The notes: generated by a model from the letters alone, not told the origin. Counted from the stretch's first letter, positions 1 through 12,200 are shown. The stretch is 64,000 nt of DNA from a candidate division WOR-3 bacterium (GCA_027053075.1 JALUEE010000078.1:25189-89188), one strand, 5' to 3'. Made by a program: numbers and translations.

Positions 1-149
1 GAAGATTTTCCGGGTATATTGTTTTTTGTGTGAGATGGTCCCTGAAGCTATTTTGAAACTGAACAATAGCGTAACCGGGTCTCACAGGGTTAAGGGTGGA
101 AAATAAGAAAAGAAGAATAGAAGCAATCATAATTCACCGTATTTTAAAA

Positions 150-190
150 GTGGGGTGCGGATGCGCCCAAAGGGCGCATCCGCACCCCAC
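150..190 (-). terminator. GC-rich hairpin (GTGGGGTGCGGATGCGCCC-AAAG-GGCGCATCCGCACCCCAC) followed on the minus strand by CTTTTAAAA; likely rho-independent terminator of the 212..1849 gene; also a member of the hairpin repeat family
   Basis: Perfect 19-bp inverted repeat with 4-nt loop directly 3' of the minus-strand stop; U-run follows on minus strand. Confidence 0.55.
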
Positions 191-211
191 TCATTGGCTT
201 TTAAATCCTAA

Positions 212-1849
212 TTACTTAACAACCACAAATCTTGATACGACCTCTTTGCTCCCGGCGTTCATCTTCACAAGGTAAACACCTTCAGCGAGATTTGTGGGCA
301 GTGAGACAGCATGGGTGCCAGCTTCAGCTATACCGTTGTAGAGTGTGGAGACTTTTCTACCTGTAATGTCAAATACACTGATGTTCACTTTACCTGCAGT
401 GGGGACAGAGAACGTGAGTCTGGCATCTTTGTTCACAACGCCAGGAACGGTGAGTTTAACATCAACTGCACGATGGTTGTCTTCCTGGACTCCCACGGTG
501 TAGGTTGTACCGTAGAAGTAAACAATGTCAGGAGTATTCGCATCTGTGTAGGAACCCACCACATGGATGTTGTGGTTTGCGCAATACAGTTTTGCAGGCA
601 GCTCAAAGGCCTCCTCTTCCATGGAATCAGGAACTGCCTCGATTGTTGTATCTACCCATGTGGCACCACCATCTGTGGATACAAGCAATCCTATATCAGG
701 CAGTGTGTCTGATCCATGGATGAAAAAGCCTTTGTAAGCAGCAACCAAAACACCACCATCGGTAATGCCAATGGTAGGCTGGGTAGCCACTGTACCACCC
801 TGGCCATCGCCCTCAAGAACAGTTGCGGTCCAGTCGGTCCATGCACCAGGATGACCACCACCTGGAGTGTAGTACCACACATCACCATACTCGTGGTTTC
901 CACTTCCAAACTTCCAGATTATGTGAGGCTTATTGTTTGCATCCAGCACAAAGTCGTAACCATACCACCAACCCTGAGCCGAATCGTATGGGGCTCCACC
1001 TGTGACATTCCAGATAGGAATAGTGTCGACCCATGTCTGTCCACCATCCATAGACTCCATGAATACAGGCGCAATTGTGGCACCATAGCCATAGTCAAAG
1101 AGCCAGTCTGTAATGACAGCTATATATCCATTTGTTCCAATCCTCGGTATCGGTGTGTCATTCCATCCACCTGAGATTGCTGATGTGATGAATGTATCAG
1201 CATTCCATGTGGTACCTCCATCATAGGATGTCCAGTAGTATGTGCTTCCGTCAAAGATATTGGCGGCGAACACTATGATGGTGTCTCCAGATGCGTCAGC
1301 TGAAGGAAGCCAGCAGTTCCACTGCTGAGAATTGGGGAGCTCGACTACGTTGTAAAGACCACTTGGCCAGAGAACATCCCATGCAACTTTCACAGGGCTT
1401 GGTTGATAGGCTCCGTTCACATAAGCTGCCTCATGCCAGAAGAAGAGTGGTCCCTGATGAGCCCAGTGCTCTGGCCAGATAACGCCAGGATAGATCCTTC
1501 TAACTGCGTTAGTACTGAGGTCATGTGTAGTCCAGGTCTGGCCTCCATCAAAGGAAATAGCCACCTTAACATTCTGGAAAATGTTTGCAGGATCTCCAGA
1601 AGGCTCACCGTAAATAACAACAACTGTATCACCGTGAACAGCTATGTTTTTACCAGGTGAACCAAGCAGCGCCCTGATATCAGGTATAGGACCCACCGTA
1701 TCACGAGGCATGAGCTTTGCTGAGGTCGGATTGGTAGACCAGTATCCTTCCAGTTTGCTCAGCGCTTTCCTCTTCATAGAGGTGTTAGCGCTCACAAGCC
1801 CTACTGTTACAAGCAGGGCAACCATTACATTTACAACTCCTTTCTTCAT
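212..1849 (-). CDS. Secreted BNR/Asp-box repeat protein with T9SS C-terminal sorting domain
   Basis: N-terminal signal peptide; repeated S/TxDGGxTW motifs (DGGQTW, DGGTTW, DGGATW); C-terminus ...GVYLVKMNAGSKEVVSRFVVVK typical of T9SS CTD. Confidence 0.7.
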   Translation of the reverse strand: MKKGVVNVMVALLVTVGLVSANTSMKRKALSKLEGYWSTNPTSAKLMPRDTVGPIPDIRALLGSPGKNIAVHGDTVVVIYGEPSGDPANIFQNVKVAISFDGGQTWTTHDLSTNAVRRIYPGVIWPEHWAHQGPLFFWHEAAYVNGAYQPSPVKVAWDVLWPSGLYNVVELPNSQQWNCWLPSADASGDTIIVFAANIFDGSTYYWTSYDGGTTWNADTFITSAISGGWNDTPIPRIGTNGYIAVITDWLFDYGYGATIAPVFMESMDGGQTWVDTIPIWNVTGGAPYDSAQGWWYGYDFVLDANNKPHIIWKFGSGNHEYGDVWYYTPGGGHPGAWTDWTATVLEGDGQGGTVATQPTIGITDGGVLVAAYKGFFIHGSDTLPDIGLLVSTDGGATWVDTTIEAVPDSMEEEAFELPAKLYCANHNIHVVGSYTDANTPDIVYFYGTTYTVGVQEDNHRAVDVKLTVPGVVNKDARLTFSVPTAGKVNISVFDITGRKVSTLYNGIAEAGTHAVSLPTNLAEGVYLVKMNAGSKEVVSRFVVVK

Positions 1850-1865
1850 ACTACACCTCCTTTGT

Positions 1866-2792
1866 TTAATTTGAACCTATTTCCTCGTTAAGCTTATTCA
1901 GTATGATCCAGTAATTATCAGGATCATACGGATCTCCGTTAAATGTCCAGTTAGGATCAATTATCTTAAGCTCCCTGACACAGTTGGCCATAAGGCCACT
2001 CCAGAAGTAGCTTTCAGCAAGCACCAATCTTGTTCCCGTTTCATTTATGTATGGATAATGCACAAACCCTCTGGGCACGCCATGTTTAACAGCAGCATTT
2101 GCATAAGCAATAGCAGTCATGAGATATTTGCCTTCAGTATTGGAAGCAGCAGCAACTGCAGTTCCGATGTGAGCGAACAGATTGACCTGAACAGAATCCG
2201 AGTCTGCGACATTTTTAAATATGAAATAGTTTACCACAAGCGTGTCCTTGATATGTGGCCCCGCAACACTGTCGTTAATAATCTGTGCCGCAATTGTGAT
2301 GGTAGAATCTGTAATTTCCCTCAAAGTCTGATTCACATAGTTGATCGAAGCCGAACTTACACCGATAACAGGTCTATGCTGTAGTTCAACAACTGTAAAT
2401 GTATCCACTGCTCCGGCAACAGTATCAATCTCAAACCAGTAACGATCCGTATCTGATGGAAGAATGATTTCGTGGAAAACCGGCTGAGCCATACTACCGC
2501 CACTCAGGATCATGGCAAAGGAAAAGGCTGACTGTGCAAGGTCAGGCCTGTTCAGAGCAACCTCACTCCATGCGAGACCGAGATGAGCCTCAGGAATGGT
2601 ATTATCCATTCTTATAACTTTCTCAAATTTTGCTTTAGCGGTAGCAAAGTCGAGACTATCGTATCTGCTCCATGCAGTATCGAGAACAGCCTGGGGGTCT
2701 TCTGGTGGGGGAAAAGTGGTTGCATTTTTAACTCCGCATCCCACAGCTATAAAGCTAATTAAAGCCACTGCCAATAAGATCTTCTTCATCAT
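1866..2792 (-). CDS. Hypothetical lipoprotein
   Basis: Signal peptide with lipobox-like LISFIAVGCG; no recognisable catalytic motif. Confidence 0.45.
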   Translation of the reverse strand: MMKKILLAVALISFIAVGCGVKNATTFPPPEDPQAVLDTAWSRYDSLDFATAKAKFEKVIRMDNTIPEAHLGLAWSEVALNRPDLAQSAFSFAMILSGGSMAQPVFHEIILPSDTDRYWFEIDTVAGAVDTFTVVELQHRPVIGVSSASINYVNQTLREITDSTITIAAQIINDSVAGPHIKDTLVVNYFIFKNVADSDSVQVNLFAHIGTAVAAASNTEGKYLMTAIAYANAAVKHGVPRGFVHYPYINETGTRLVLAESYFWSGLMANCVRELKIIDPNWTFNGDPYDPDNYWIILNKLNEEIGSN

Positions 2793-2801
2793 TGTCCTCC
2801 T

Positions 2802-5800
2802 TTAATATTTGAGGAAAACTATCTTTTTAACAACGTTTCTCATAGATGTCTTTAATCTGATGAAATAAACTCCTGAAGTCAAATGGATATCGCTCGTGTT
2901 CACATCAAATGTGTGGATTCCGGCCTGAAGTTTTCCTGATACCAGACGCTTAACCATTCTACCAGCCGTATTGTAAAGAGAAATATCAACTTTATCCGCT
3001 CTGTCAAGGGAAAGGTTGAGCCTGATGTTCTTGTTGCTGTAGATAATTGGGCCATTTACCACAGCAAAGCTAAATCCAAATCTCTCGGGTGTACCTGACC
3101 TCAACTGGAATGCACCCAATTTCCTCGTACGGAAAATGTAAAATCCACTTTCCTCATCATAATAGGTCTTTATAGGCTCCCACTCGCCATTCCTGTATGC
3201 ATAAACTTTCTGTGCTTCTCTGCTCATTGGCCTGATTTTTATCGTTATCTCTCTCGCACTTGTGATTCGATTGTTACCGATTAGGTAAACATCTGACATT
3301 CCTGTGCTCGCTCCATGATAGGTAAGCTCGGCTAAATCTTTATCTATTTTATCAATCAGTACTGTGGTGACACCTGGAAATGCATTAGCAGGAGCTTCTA
3401 TGATCACCTGACCACCGAGTGCCGTGTAAACGCCTCCCTGCTCAGATATGGACTGAACACTAATGGTATCTGGTGATATGGATGCATCATTACCTGCAAG
3501 GTCCTGCGCTCTGACTGAAACTTCAACGTCTCCACGGAGATCAAGTAACACTGGGACAAAGTAGTTAAACAGGCTATCACCACTACTTAATAACTTCATG
3601 TTGTAAGCTCTCGTTTCAGGTGAAGAGTCAGCTAAGGTTGAAAATGTGACAATAGGATTTGGTGTTTTTACATCTGTCATAAGTCCATAAAATCTGCTGC
3701 CGACTTTGTCGTATCCAACAACATACATCTGTATCATGCGGGGATTACCTGGATTCTGGAGAGCATAAGTACCCACAATTTGAGGGGCAGTCGTATCTTC
3801 AGTCAGGTAATAAGGGATCGTTTTGCTTACGTTGAGGTTTGCAATTAAATATTTAAATGAACTACAAGAGTCATCATTAACTGTCATTGCAAATCTTCCA
3901 AGCGAATCAAGAGGAACCACTTTAGCCACTGAATCGGTCCCACATACCATAAATATCTTCAGATAGTCCTGATCACCATCTTTTGCGTTAAATCTCTCAC
4001 CAGTTATGGTATCTATCGCATCTCTCCAAACAGCAAACCCTGAAGGGGCCATAACCTGGGATGATTTCTGTTCCCCTGAGCCAGGAATATCTGATATGGC
4101 GGCAGATTTCACATGGATTGAGTCCATAGGAGGTGCATAACCAAAGGCTGTATCTACAATGGAACCGCTCGAATCCTGGAGGTAAAGTGTACGGTTGAAG
4201 GTCAATGCGAGATACCACTTTGGTGCAAAAGTCAGAAGTGAATCTTTGCCGTAACTATATTTTTTGATAACCTCATTTAAAGACCTATAACCTCTAAGGC
4301 CACCGTGTAAAACATCTTTTGTAACTACAGTATCACCATAAATCTGCGACATGTATTCGAACCACAGAAGCATTCTTTCACGGTCTATTTCACGGGCTAC
4401 TGGAGAATTTAGCCATTGGTGAGTATAGTCAAGAAGTGGACTATTCAGGTACTTTTTATTGCCAAGATAATCAATTCCACCTTTGACTCCGTCGGCAAAA
4501 TCAAAACCACACCTGTATGATGCCCATGCAGCAACACCTGTCAATTCAGCAGGATTAGCCTGCATGTCCACAGACCATACAGCGTATCTGCCATACAGGT
4601 ATGCCATGAAGGCCTGGAGTTTACTCCTATTGATACTTCCGTTTGAGATGAATTTCGAAAGGTCAACAACGAGGACTTCTCTCTTGGTAGAATAGTTGTC
4701 AAACAGGTCCTCATCTCTTGGGTCGAAATACCCAAACACCGGGATAACAGTTGGGTCTGTAGCATTTGATGTCTGAACCAATCTGGTCAGAATGATATAA
4801 ACTCGTGGATCATTATCCACATCAACAAGTACGTTAGGATCAATATGTAGATAAGAGATAATGGAATCAAAGACACTCACACTGTCGTTTTCAAGAACAC
4901 TGGCAACAGTTGAGACCGTTCTATCAGTCATCAAACTTCCAACGCCATTTGACACGTTTTCCCACTTGGCCAGAGTCTCATTATAATGGTAGACGCCCTC
5001 ATCGCAACCAAGATAAAGTCCCGTTGAATCGTTGAATATTGTGTATACGTTCTTACTACCAAGAAGTCTTAATGTCTCAAGACCATTGGAGAAATCATTC
5101 CATGAATTTCCATTATCAGGAGATTCCATCACACCGCCGCCGAGGAGTGAAACATACATATGTCCGTTGTCGATAACAACGTCTGTAACAGGATAATCAA
5201 AAGTGCCAACCGTGTTCCATGAATTACCATAGTCCGAAGTTTTAAATAAACCGCTGTCAGCTGCCACATAAAAGCTTCCAGCAATGTACCGAATGTTATA
5301 AACTTTACCAAAGTTTACATTGAGATGCTCCCAGTCATTACTGGACCATCTGTAAATCCCGCTAACGGCACCAATCAATAATCTTGAAGAATCCGAAGGG
5401 TCACCACAAATTGTCCAAACCGTGTCCGTCAAAGTTCCCAGTAACGAATCAGTTGATGGAGAATTAAATCCCTGGGTCTCAACTCTGTAAACACCGTAAG
5501 ATGTTGCTGCATAAAGAACCTGACCTCTGCCTCCAAATGATACGGTCATAGGGTTAACTGCAATTCCGTATACCGTGGTATCGGCAAAAGCCTCAAGCTT
5601 CCATGGACCAGGGCTTGATGTAAACAGAGTACTGAAAAGACCATCTGAGGTGGCCGCAAAAATTATCGCTTTGATCGCGGGCAAACTGTCTCTGACATAG
5701 TTAAAATCAAAAACATCCATGTCTGCAACGGTAACAGTATCACCTGTAGGTCTGATGTACCTGTCAATCTTCAAATCCATTCCAGAAAGCCCTCTCTCCC

Positions 5801-6119
5801 ATATCCAGTTAATTCCATCTGAGCTGTTATAGATGTAAGCAGGATTCTGTCCCGGTAATCTCTTCGATCCAATCCATAGTCTATTGTAATTGTTACCAAT
5901 CCTGAATCTGCCAATCTTTATTATAGCAACTCGGTCAGCAGACACAATATAAAAATTGTTTCCTCTGTATCTCACAACCCCAATATCAGGAACAGTATCC
6001 CGGCTCAGGATAAGGCGGAAGTTGTTAACATAAAAACTGATCGTATCACCTACTTCTTTAGCGGGAAGAGTTGATATGAATAAAAGTGAAAGCACTAATA
6101 AAATCTTCTTAAAGCGCAT
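2802..6119 (-). CDS. Large secreted protein (1105 aa) with BNR-like beta-propeller region and T9SS C-terminal sorting domain
   Basis: Signal peptide; SDYGNSW / SPDNGNSW Asp-box motifs; C-terminal ...GVYFIRLKTSMRNVVKKIVFLKY CTD-like tail. Confidence 0.6.
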   Translation of the reverse strand: MRFKKILLVLSLLFISTLPAKEVGDTISFYVNNFRLILSRDTVPDIGVVRYRGNNFYIVSADRVAIIKIGRFRIGNNYNRLWIGSKRLPGQNPAYIYNSSDGINWIWERGLSGMDLKIDRYIRPTGDTVTVADMDVFDFNYVRDSLPAIKAIIFAATSDGLFSTLFTSSPGPWKLEAFADTTVYGIAVNPMTVSFGGRGQVLYAATSYGVYRVETQGFNSPSTDSLLGTLTDTVWTICGDPSDSSRLLIGAVSGIYRWSSNDWEHLNVNFGKVYNIRYIAGSFYVAADSGLFKTSDYGNSWNTVGTFDYPVTDVVIDNGHMYVSLLGGGVMESPDNGNSWNDFSNGLETLRLLGSKNVYTIFNDSTGLYLGCDEGVYHYNETLAKWENVSNGVGSLMTDRTVSTVASVLENDSVSVFDSIISYLHIDPNVLVDVDNDPRVYIILTRLVQTSNATDPTVIPVFGYFDPRDEDLFDNYSTKREVLVVDLSKFISNGSINRSKLQAFMAYLYGRYAVWSVDMQANPAELTGVAAWASYRCGFDFADGVKGGIDYLGNKKYLNSPLLDYTHQWLNSPVAREIDRERMLLWFEYMSQIYGDTVVTKDVLHGGLRGYRSLNEVIKKYSYGKDSLLTFAPKWYLALTFNRTLYLQDSSGSIVDTAFGYAPPMDSIHVKSAAISDIPGSGEQKSSQVMAPSGFAVWRDAIDTITGERFNAKDGDQDYLKIFMVCGTDSVAKVVPLDSLGRFAMTVNDDSCSSFKYLIANLNVSKTIPYYLTEDTTAPQIVGTYALQNPGNPRMIQMYVVGYDKVGSRFYGLMTDVKTPNPIVTFSTLADSSPETRAYNMKLLSSGDSLFNYFVPVLLDLRGDVEVSVRAQDLAGNDASISPDTISVQSISEQGGVYTALGGQVIIEAPANAFPGVTTVLIDKIDKDLAELTYHGASTGMSDVYLIGNNRITSAREITIKIRPMSREAQKVYAYRNGEWEPIKTYYDEESGFYIFRTRKLGAFQLRSGTPERFGFSFAVVNGPIIYSNKNIRLNLSLDRADKVDISLYNTAGRMVKRLVSGKLQAGIHTFDVNTSDIHLTSGVYFIRLKTSMRNVVKKIVFLKY

Positions 6120-6131
6120 GGTGATCCTCCT

Positions 6132-7109
6132 TTATTTTGCAAACACAATTCCTAATCTAACAACATCAGGTAAGTGCCCAAAATCGTTGTAAGAAATATC
6201 AAATCTCTTATTTCCAAGGTTAAATGACGCTCCGGCACCGAATCCACCTTCGTCAAGGTTAAAGTGATACCCCGCTCTCAGAGTCAGGATTTCTACTGGC
6301 TGCATCTCAAAACCGATAGCAAAAGATTCCCTGTTATCCTTGGGATTGATAATTTCCACAGAACCTGTGAGTCTCTTGATTTTATTACCATTCTTTATGA
6401 AATCTCTTGCTAAGCCCAGCCTGAAGGTCAACGGGAGTGAATAACTCTGGTATTTTCTTTTCTCTGTAGTAACCTGGCTTCCTTTCATTATCCATAAATC
6501 ATATTCACCTTTAGGGGACATGTCAGCGCCAAGATTCTGCAAAGACATCGCAACTCTAATATCTTTAAAACCTGTGTAGAAGTAGGTTCCTGCATCTATT
6601 GCAACTGAGTAAGCACTTGTTACATTTCCAAGATTTTCATCAATAAATTTCACAGCAACACCGGCTGCAAATTTATCCGTGTAGAATCTTGAAACGCCAA
6701 ATCCAAGCTGCATTGCAGAATAAGAAAATGTGCCAGTTTCCACAATATTATGATTCTCGTCAAAGGCTACCCCTTCAAATCCTCCCATGTAAATTCCACT
6801 TGCAAAAACGGAGAAAGTACCAATAGGATATTTCGGGAAAATCACAGCAAAGGCCGGAACACGTCCATCTGCAATCCAGTTTGAATAACTCGTAAAGAAT
6901 GCAAACTGTCTCAAATGGGCAATACCTGCTGGATTCCAGAAAATACTCGATGGATCATTTGCAACAGCAACGAATGCGTCTCCCATTCCTGAAGCTCTCG
7001 GGGTAACGCTGATGGACAGGAATTTGGCCCCTGCACTACCCACAGGAACCTGTGAGTACAGGGGAGCGCTCATTAAGGCAATTATTAACAATTTCTTAAG
7101 CATCACCAA
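6132..7109 (-). CDS. PorV/PorQ-like T9SS-associated outer-membrane beta-barrel protein (FadL-like)
   Basis: Signal peptide; N-terminal motif ...GAKFLSISVTPRASGMGDAFVAVANDPSSIFWNPAGIAHL matching the conserved PorV/PorQ N-terminus; alternating beta-strand pattern; C-terminal aromatic residue. Confidence 0.5.
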   Translation of the reverse strand: MVMLKKLLIIALMSAPLYSQVPVGSAGAKFLSISVTPRASGMGDAFVAVANDPSSIFWNPAGIAHLRQFAFFTSYSNWIADGRVPAFAVIFPKYPIGTFSVFASGIYMGGFEGVAFDENHNIVETGTFSYSAMQLGFGVSRFYTDKFAAGVAVKFIDENLGNVTSAYSVAIDAGTYFYTGFKDIRVAMSLQNLGADMSPKGEYDLWIMKGSQVTTEKRKYQSYSLPLTFRLGLARDFIKNGNKIKRLTGSVEIINPKDNRESFAIGFEMQPVEILTLRAGYHFNLDEGGFGAGASFNLGNKRFDISYNDFGHLPDVVRLGIVFAK

Positions 7110-7114
7110 CCTCC

Positions 7115-9205
7115 TTATTTAAGGATGAGAAACTTCCCAATCTTGTATTTGCCATCCGGTGTTTCAACCTTATAAATGTAGACGCCAGTAACAACTTTCT
7201 GCCCTGATCTCGTCAGCAAGTTCCAGGCCTCTGAACCGTCAGTAGAAGAATTGTGAACTATTGTCTTAACCAGGTCACCACTCAGTGTGTAAATCCTTAT
7301 TACTGCCTGTGGAGGTAAATTGATGAATTCAACCTTATCGGCTATTTCAGATGCTGTCCATGGTGCCGAGCCCTTATAAGGATTGGGTACAACTTTAACG
7401 TTATCAACAGAGCTGGCTGGCTGAGTGCCTATAACAAGAGCAAGCGGGTTGCCATCCTCGTCTTTCTTATAGTTATTTTTGGGGCTTTCGAGAGAATCAT
7501 CATCAACTGCAACTACTACATAATAGTATGGGAATCCAACGGAAACTGTTGTATCAACATAGGAGTGCACAAATCCACCAGTTGAATCCTGGTGAAATTC
7601 AGCTATTAACTGCCAGTTGGAGGGTGCAAAAACGGCTCTATAAACTCTATATGCTACGACATCAACAACTCCCTTAATAGGATCAGGAGTCCTTTCTGCA
7701 TAATCATCCCATATAAGTTCAACGCCCCGCTTGGTATAAGAGTACCTCAACCCGGGCGCAGCTGGGGGAACAGGAATATTCCAGTGACGATCCTCATCCG
7801 GTGCTGATGGATGTGCAGGGTCACTATGCTCTGAACCTGCATAATAGGCTTTCAAAGCATTTTCCATCACCTGTCTCAAACCTAACAACCAGCCTCTACC
7901 CCAATAAGAATCATAGCCACCATTCATTCCCTGTCCTACTCCTACGACCCATACGAATTTTAGTGTATCACCAGGTCTCAAAGTAAACGGTCCTACAGTG
8001 GAAAGGAAACGATAATCAAATACAGATGCATGCAAATCCTCAGGATGTGGGGCATATCTATAATAGTGCCCATTCATATAGGTAGCTCTGTGATGACCCT
8101 TTAAATAGTTGTAAATATCCTCATCAGTAGCCGGGTCACTTTCCCAGTTCCACCACTGGTGAGACCATGGTCTTACTATTCTGCATGTATCACCATTAAC
8201 GACCCAGGTCGTATCTGAAGGTGCTGGAGGAGTATACAACCAGCTACCGCCTATATATCCAGCGCATGCTCCACCTTCACCTGTATCATCACCTGGATCT
8301 GCCGGATTATCACCATCGTAAATATAGGAAATGCCTCTTGGAATCAGATAACCCCTGATGGTGTCCGTATCACTTCTAACGATCGTCCATGCAGCAGCTG
8401 AATCAACAATATGTTCATTATCCTCGTCACCCCATACCAGATACTGGTCGGGAATACCATCGGGTTGTGCCAGAAAAGTATCAGGAAGAACTGTAAAGCT
8501 ATCTACTGGCTCTCTGTGTCTAAAATTCGGATTATTCCATTCACCGTTTGTCCAGCCATCAAAAGACACAAGGTCATCAATGTGTGGATCAGAAGGATCA
8601 GCTCCGCAAACATCACAGTCATACCACATTCCAAGGTACAGGCTGTCGAGTTCCGCAGGCGGAGAGGAACCAATGTCACATTCATTGGGGTCATAAGTTA
8701 TATAAAATTCATGAGCAATAAAATTGTTGTACGGGTAATGTGGCCAGGCGAGAGTGTGAATCACAACTTTAATTCCAGAATGTCTTCCCGGTGTATTCTT
8801 CGGATTAGATTTGTAATCATTGATAGAAGTATAAACATCCCATGCAGATTCTCTTGGACCCGCCACAGAGTTATAGTCACTCGTGTAGTTCCATTCTCCA
8901 TCAGGATAGTTATGAGATGTTACATACACATTATCACCGACTTTAAATCCGATGGTGAAATAGCTACCCCACAAGTAATATGGATGTCCATTACCGCCGG
9001 GCCAATCATATCCATAATCGTTGTTGTTGAAATCTCCTCCGAGACTTCCAAAATTACTTATGTAGTTCCACACATTGCCAACAGTAATGTTAAACTTCTG
9101 CTTCTTGGAGTCTTTGGTGCTCATTACACCCGTAGAAGAACCGGTATCTCTCGCACCCAACACAGTGAATGCAAGAAATGCACTTAGCAAAATTGCTCTT
9201 TTCAT
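7115..9205 (-). CDS. Secreted hypothetical protein (696 aa) with T9SS C-terminal sorting domain
   Basis: Signal peptide; Asp/Trp/Tyr-rich body; C-terminal VKVVPNPYKG...AVIRIYTLSGDLVKT...GVYIYKV...KFLILK CTD. Confidence 0.6.
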   Translation of the reverse strand: MKRAILLSAFLAFTVLGARDTGSSTGVMSTKDSKKQKFNITVGNVWNYISNFGSLGGDFNNNDYGYDWPGGNGHPYYLWGSYFTIGFKVGDNVYVTSHNYPDGEWNYTSDYNSVAGPRESAWDVYTSINDYKSNPKNTPGRHSGIKVVIHTLAWPHYPYNNFIAHEFYITYDPNECDIGSSPPAELDSLYLGMWYDCDVCGADPSDPHIDDLVSFDGWTNGEWNNPNFRHREPVDSFTVLPDTFLAQPDGIPDQYLVWGDEDNEHIVDSAAAWTIVRSDTDTIRGYLIPRGISYIYDGDNPADPGDDTGEGGACAGYIGGSWLYTPPAPSDTTWVVNGDTCRIVRPWSHQWWNWESDPATDEDIYNYLKGHHRATYMNGHYYRYAPHPEDLHASVFDYRFLSTVGPFTLRPGDTLKFVWVVGVGQGMNGGYDSYWGRGWLLGLRQVMENALKAYYAGSEHSDPAHPSAPDEDRHWNIPVPPAAPGLRYSYTKRGVELIWDDYAERTPDPIKGVVDVVAYRVYRAVFAPSNWQLIAEFHQDSTGGFVHSYVDTTVSVGFPYYYVVVAVDDDSLESPKNNYKKDEDGNPLALVIGTQPASSVDNVKVVPNPYKGSAPWTASEIADKVEFINLPPQAVIRIYTLSGDLVKTIVHNSSTDGSEAWNLLTRSGQKVVTGVYIYKVETPDGKYKIGKFLILK

Positions 9206-9219
9206 TTATTAATACCTCC

Positions 9220-12200
9220 TTAAAAACCCTTCAATTTGAATTCAAGACCCAAACGTGTCGTTCTACGTGGATAATAAACTGCAGGATTCTTTACCTCACC
9301 TTCTGGCATATGGAACTGCACGTACCAATCAACATTCTCAAAACGATTCAAGTCTTTCCTGTTTGTCACGTTCAACACATCAACGTAGAATCTGAACTTA
9401 GCCTTGCCTATCTCGAAATTCTTGATGAACTTCATATTAAGCTGCATGTGAGATGGCAATCTTGCCGAATTAATCTTTTCAACAGCATCACGTGGTGTTC
9501 TAATCGGTGGAGTATAAGGATAACCACTGCCATAGGTGAACTGGAACATCAAACTGAAGTTATCAAGATACCTGATATTAGCAAGGCTCTTGTTCTTGGG
9601 GAAAACTACGCCAAAATTGGCCACAAGGCTGTGCCTCTGGTCCCAATCAAGTGGAGACTCTTTGTGAGGCAGAGGATAACCTCTCCACATCCAGTCATAA
9701 GCATTAAATGGAGATGAGAAAGAACCATATGCATACTGCAGCGTGTAATCAATTGATAATGTCAGGAAAGGTAGCACCATTCCACCAGGCCTCTTGGAGA
9801 AAGAGAATTCGATTCCACGAACTGTACCCCAGTCTTCATTTACATAAGTCGAATAATTGGCGCCTGCAATTCCGTATGAGAACTGCTTTAATCTCGACCA
9901 CTTGAGTATGTCTTTATAAAACGCTGTCACGTCTACGACCATCTGATTATTTATAGCATGCTTAAGTCCCAGCTCATAAGATATAGTTTTTTCCGGCTCT
10001 ATATTAGCATTTCCTACAATAGGGAATGCTCCTGAGAATACATAATTACTCAAAATCTGATAAAATGGAGGTATCTGCAGATAATGACCGTAAGTAAAGT
10101 GCAGTACATCCCTGTCACTGATTGGATGTGATACTCCCAACCTTGGACTTATATACCACTTTGAACCAACCTTAACAGGATTCTTCATCATTCTTATGGT
10201 GTGCCACAGTGAATCTGATACAAAAGGATCATTACTGTCGGAAATAGCATATCCGCCAGAGTTGTAATAATCAATTCTGAAGCCCACTTTCGCGATCATT
10301 CCCTCCATCTCAATCTTGTCTCTCAAATAAGCGGCAAATACCCAAGGAACTGCCGGATGATCGTTAAACCAGTTGATAAACGTGTAAGGGTCTCCAGGCC
10401 TGGAGGTCAAATGAGGATTCAAAAGCGTGAGATACACGTTACCACCCGAGGCATAATCTGCACCGTAACGAGTGATGTTGATTCTCTTATACTCCATCCC
10501 TGCGAGGATTTCATGGTGTTTCGTAACCTGACTGGTCAACTTTGTTGTGAACGTGAGATAACTACTGTTTCCATAGTACCACTGGCTACGCTGCCACGTG
10601 TTCATTCCGGGCAGATACTGTCCGCCAACTTTCAACAAAGTATCAATCACAGTAACTATACTATCAGTAAACTCATGCCCTTTAAGAGGCCACCTGAATG
10701 GGAACTCGTAGAAATCATTAGATACCTGGAGCACAGTATCGACATAAGTATTACCGGAATCATCCATGGCTTCTACCACGAGCACCTTCAGGTCAACATT
10801 TGACCTCTGGCCCCATCCCTCCGTATTCAAAACACTGAAAATAGTGTCAACTGTGTCACGGAAAATAGGATCGACAATAAACATCTCCTCAGCTTCAGGC
10901 CACCACTTGGGACCTGAACCTATAGATGGATAAAGGGCCTGTACCTTCGTGTCCCACCAGTAATACGGAATCTCAACATAACCCGCCGACCAGTTAATCT
11001 CAGGGTGTACAGTATCTCCATTGGGAGATACATAACTGTATAGTGAATCAATATTTATCCACTCCCAGTGTGTATGGACTGAGTCTATCCTACCGTGAGT
11101 TCTAAATGTATCAATCACAAGTTTTTTAAAGTAATCAAGGTCTACCTCCACAAAACCATCTTTATCTCGGTCCGCAAAGTCATCCACTCCATCTCTGTCT
11201 ACATCTTCCATTACATTGGACTCAAGCTTTCTGCGGAAGTAACCAAGTCTCAGCTCCCAGTATGTTCTTGATGAAAATATCTTATTGATACCAAAGATAA
11301 ACTGGAGCTGGTTATCGTCATTGTATGAAGTGTGATCGAGTGCAAGCCTCCAGTATGGAGAATATCCTCTCGTGTGTGCCTTTGCCCAGAACCCACTTGT
11401 AAAGAACTTCCAGGAAGCGAGGGGATATGTAATCTTCCACTGGAAATTTTTCCTCACATTCCAGAATTTAGGGTCAGGAGATACAGGGAATCTGCCCTTA
11501 TTGGTCTGATATTGCCCAGAAATGAAGAATTTAGCACCACTCCTATTTCTGGGATTTATTGGGCCACCAAAGCTAAACTGAGTGATGTAATCCCTTGAAT
11601 GATGTCTTCCAACAGGACTGTTGAAATCAAGATTCTTACCGGTCAGAAAGTCATAATATTCGTCGCCCCAGTTTCTATCCAGAAAACCGTATATTTTGTC
11701 TCCAAGGAAAGAAAAGTCAGATGTAACGGTCTCAAGTGTGAATCCATATTTAGGACCACCTTCTTTTGTAACAATATTAATAGTACCGGATGAGACCGTT
11801 CCCTGATCCACATCAAATCCACCTTTCGATATTGATGTTTCTTCGATGGAGAGGAGGGGAATATTCGCAAATGTATTATTACTATAAGGATCGCGAATTT
11901 CTACACCATCAATAACGTATACCACTTCGTCAGGACGACCACCTCTAACATGAAGACCTCCTCTTGCAATAACTCCGGCCTGCTGGGATACCACCTGAGC
12001 AACATTTGTAACAGGCAGCTCGGCCAATTGCGAGGATTTTACTATGTCCACACTTGCAGTCAGGTCTTTTTTAATGATGGGTTCCTTTGCAACTGCGACA
12101 ACCTCTTTTGTCACAAGAGTTGCAGGCTCAAGTTTAAAATTGACCTCTGTGGTTCTATCTACATCAACTGTTACATTCTCTACCTTCATCGTTTTGTAAC

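Noticed and set aside
8411-9187. 258-aa plus-strand ORF inside the 696-aa T9SS cargo gene (also 9169..9717 and 10357..10803 inside the TBDR)
   Set aside because: They lie opposite genes with a signal peptide, CTD or plug domain. The ORFs are Ile/Arg-rich shadow frames without start context.
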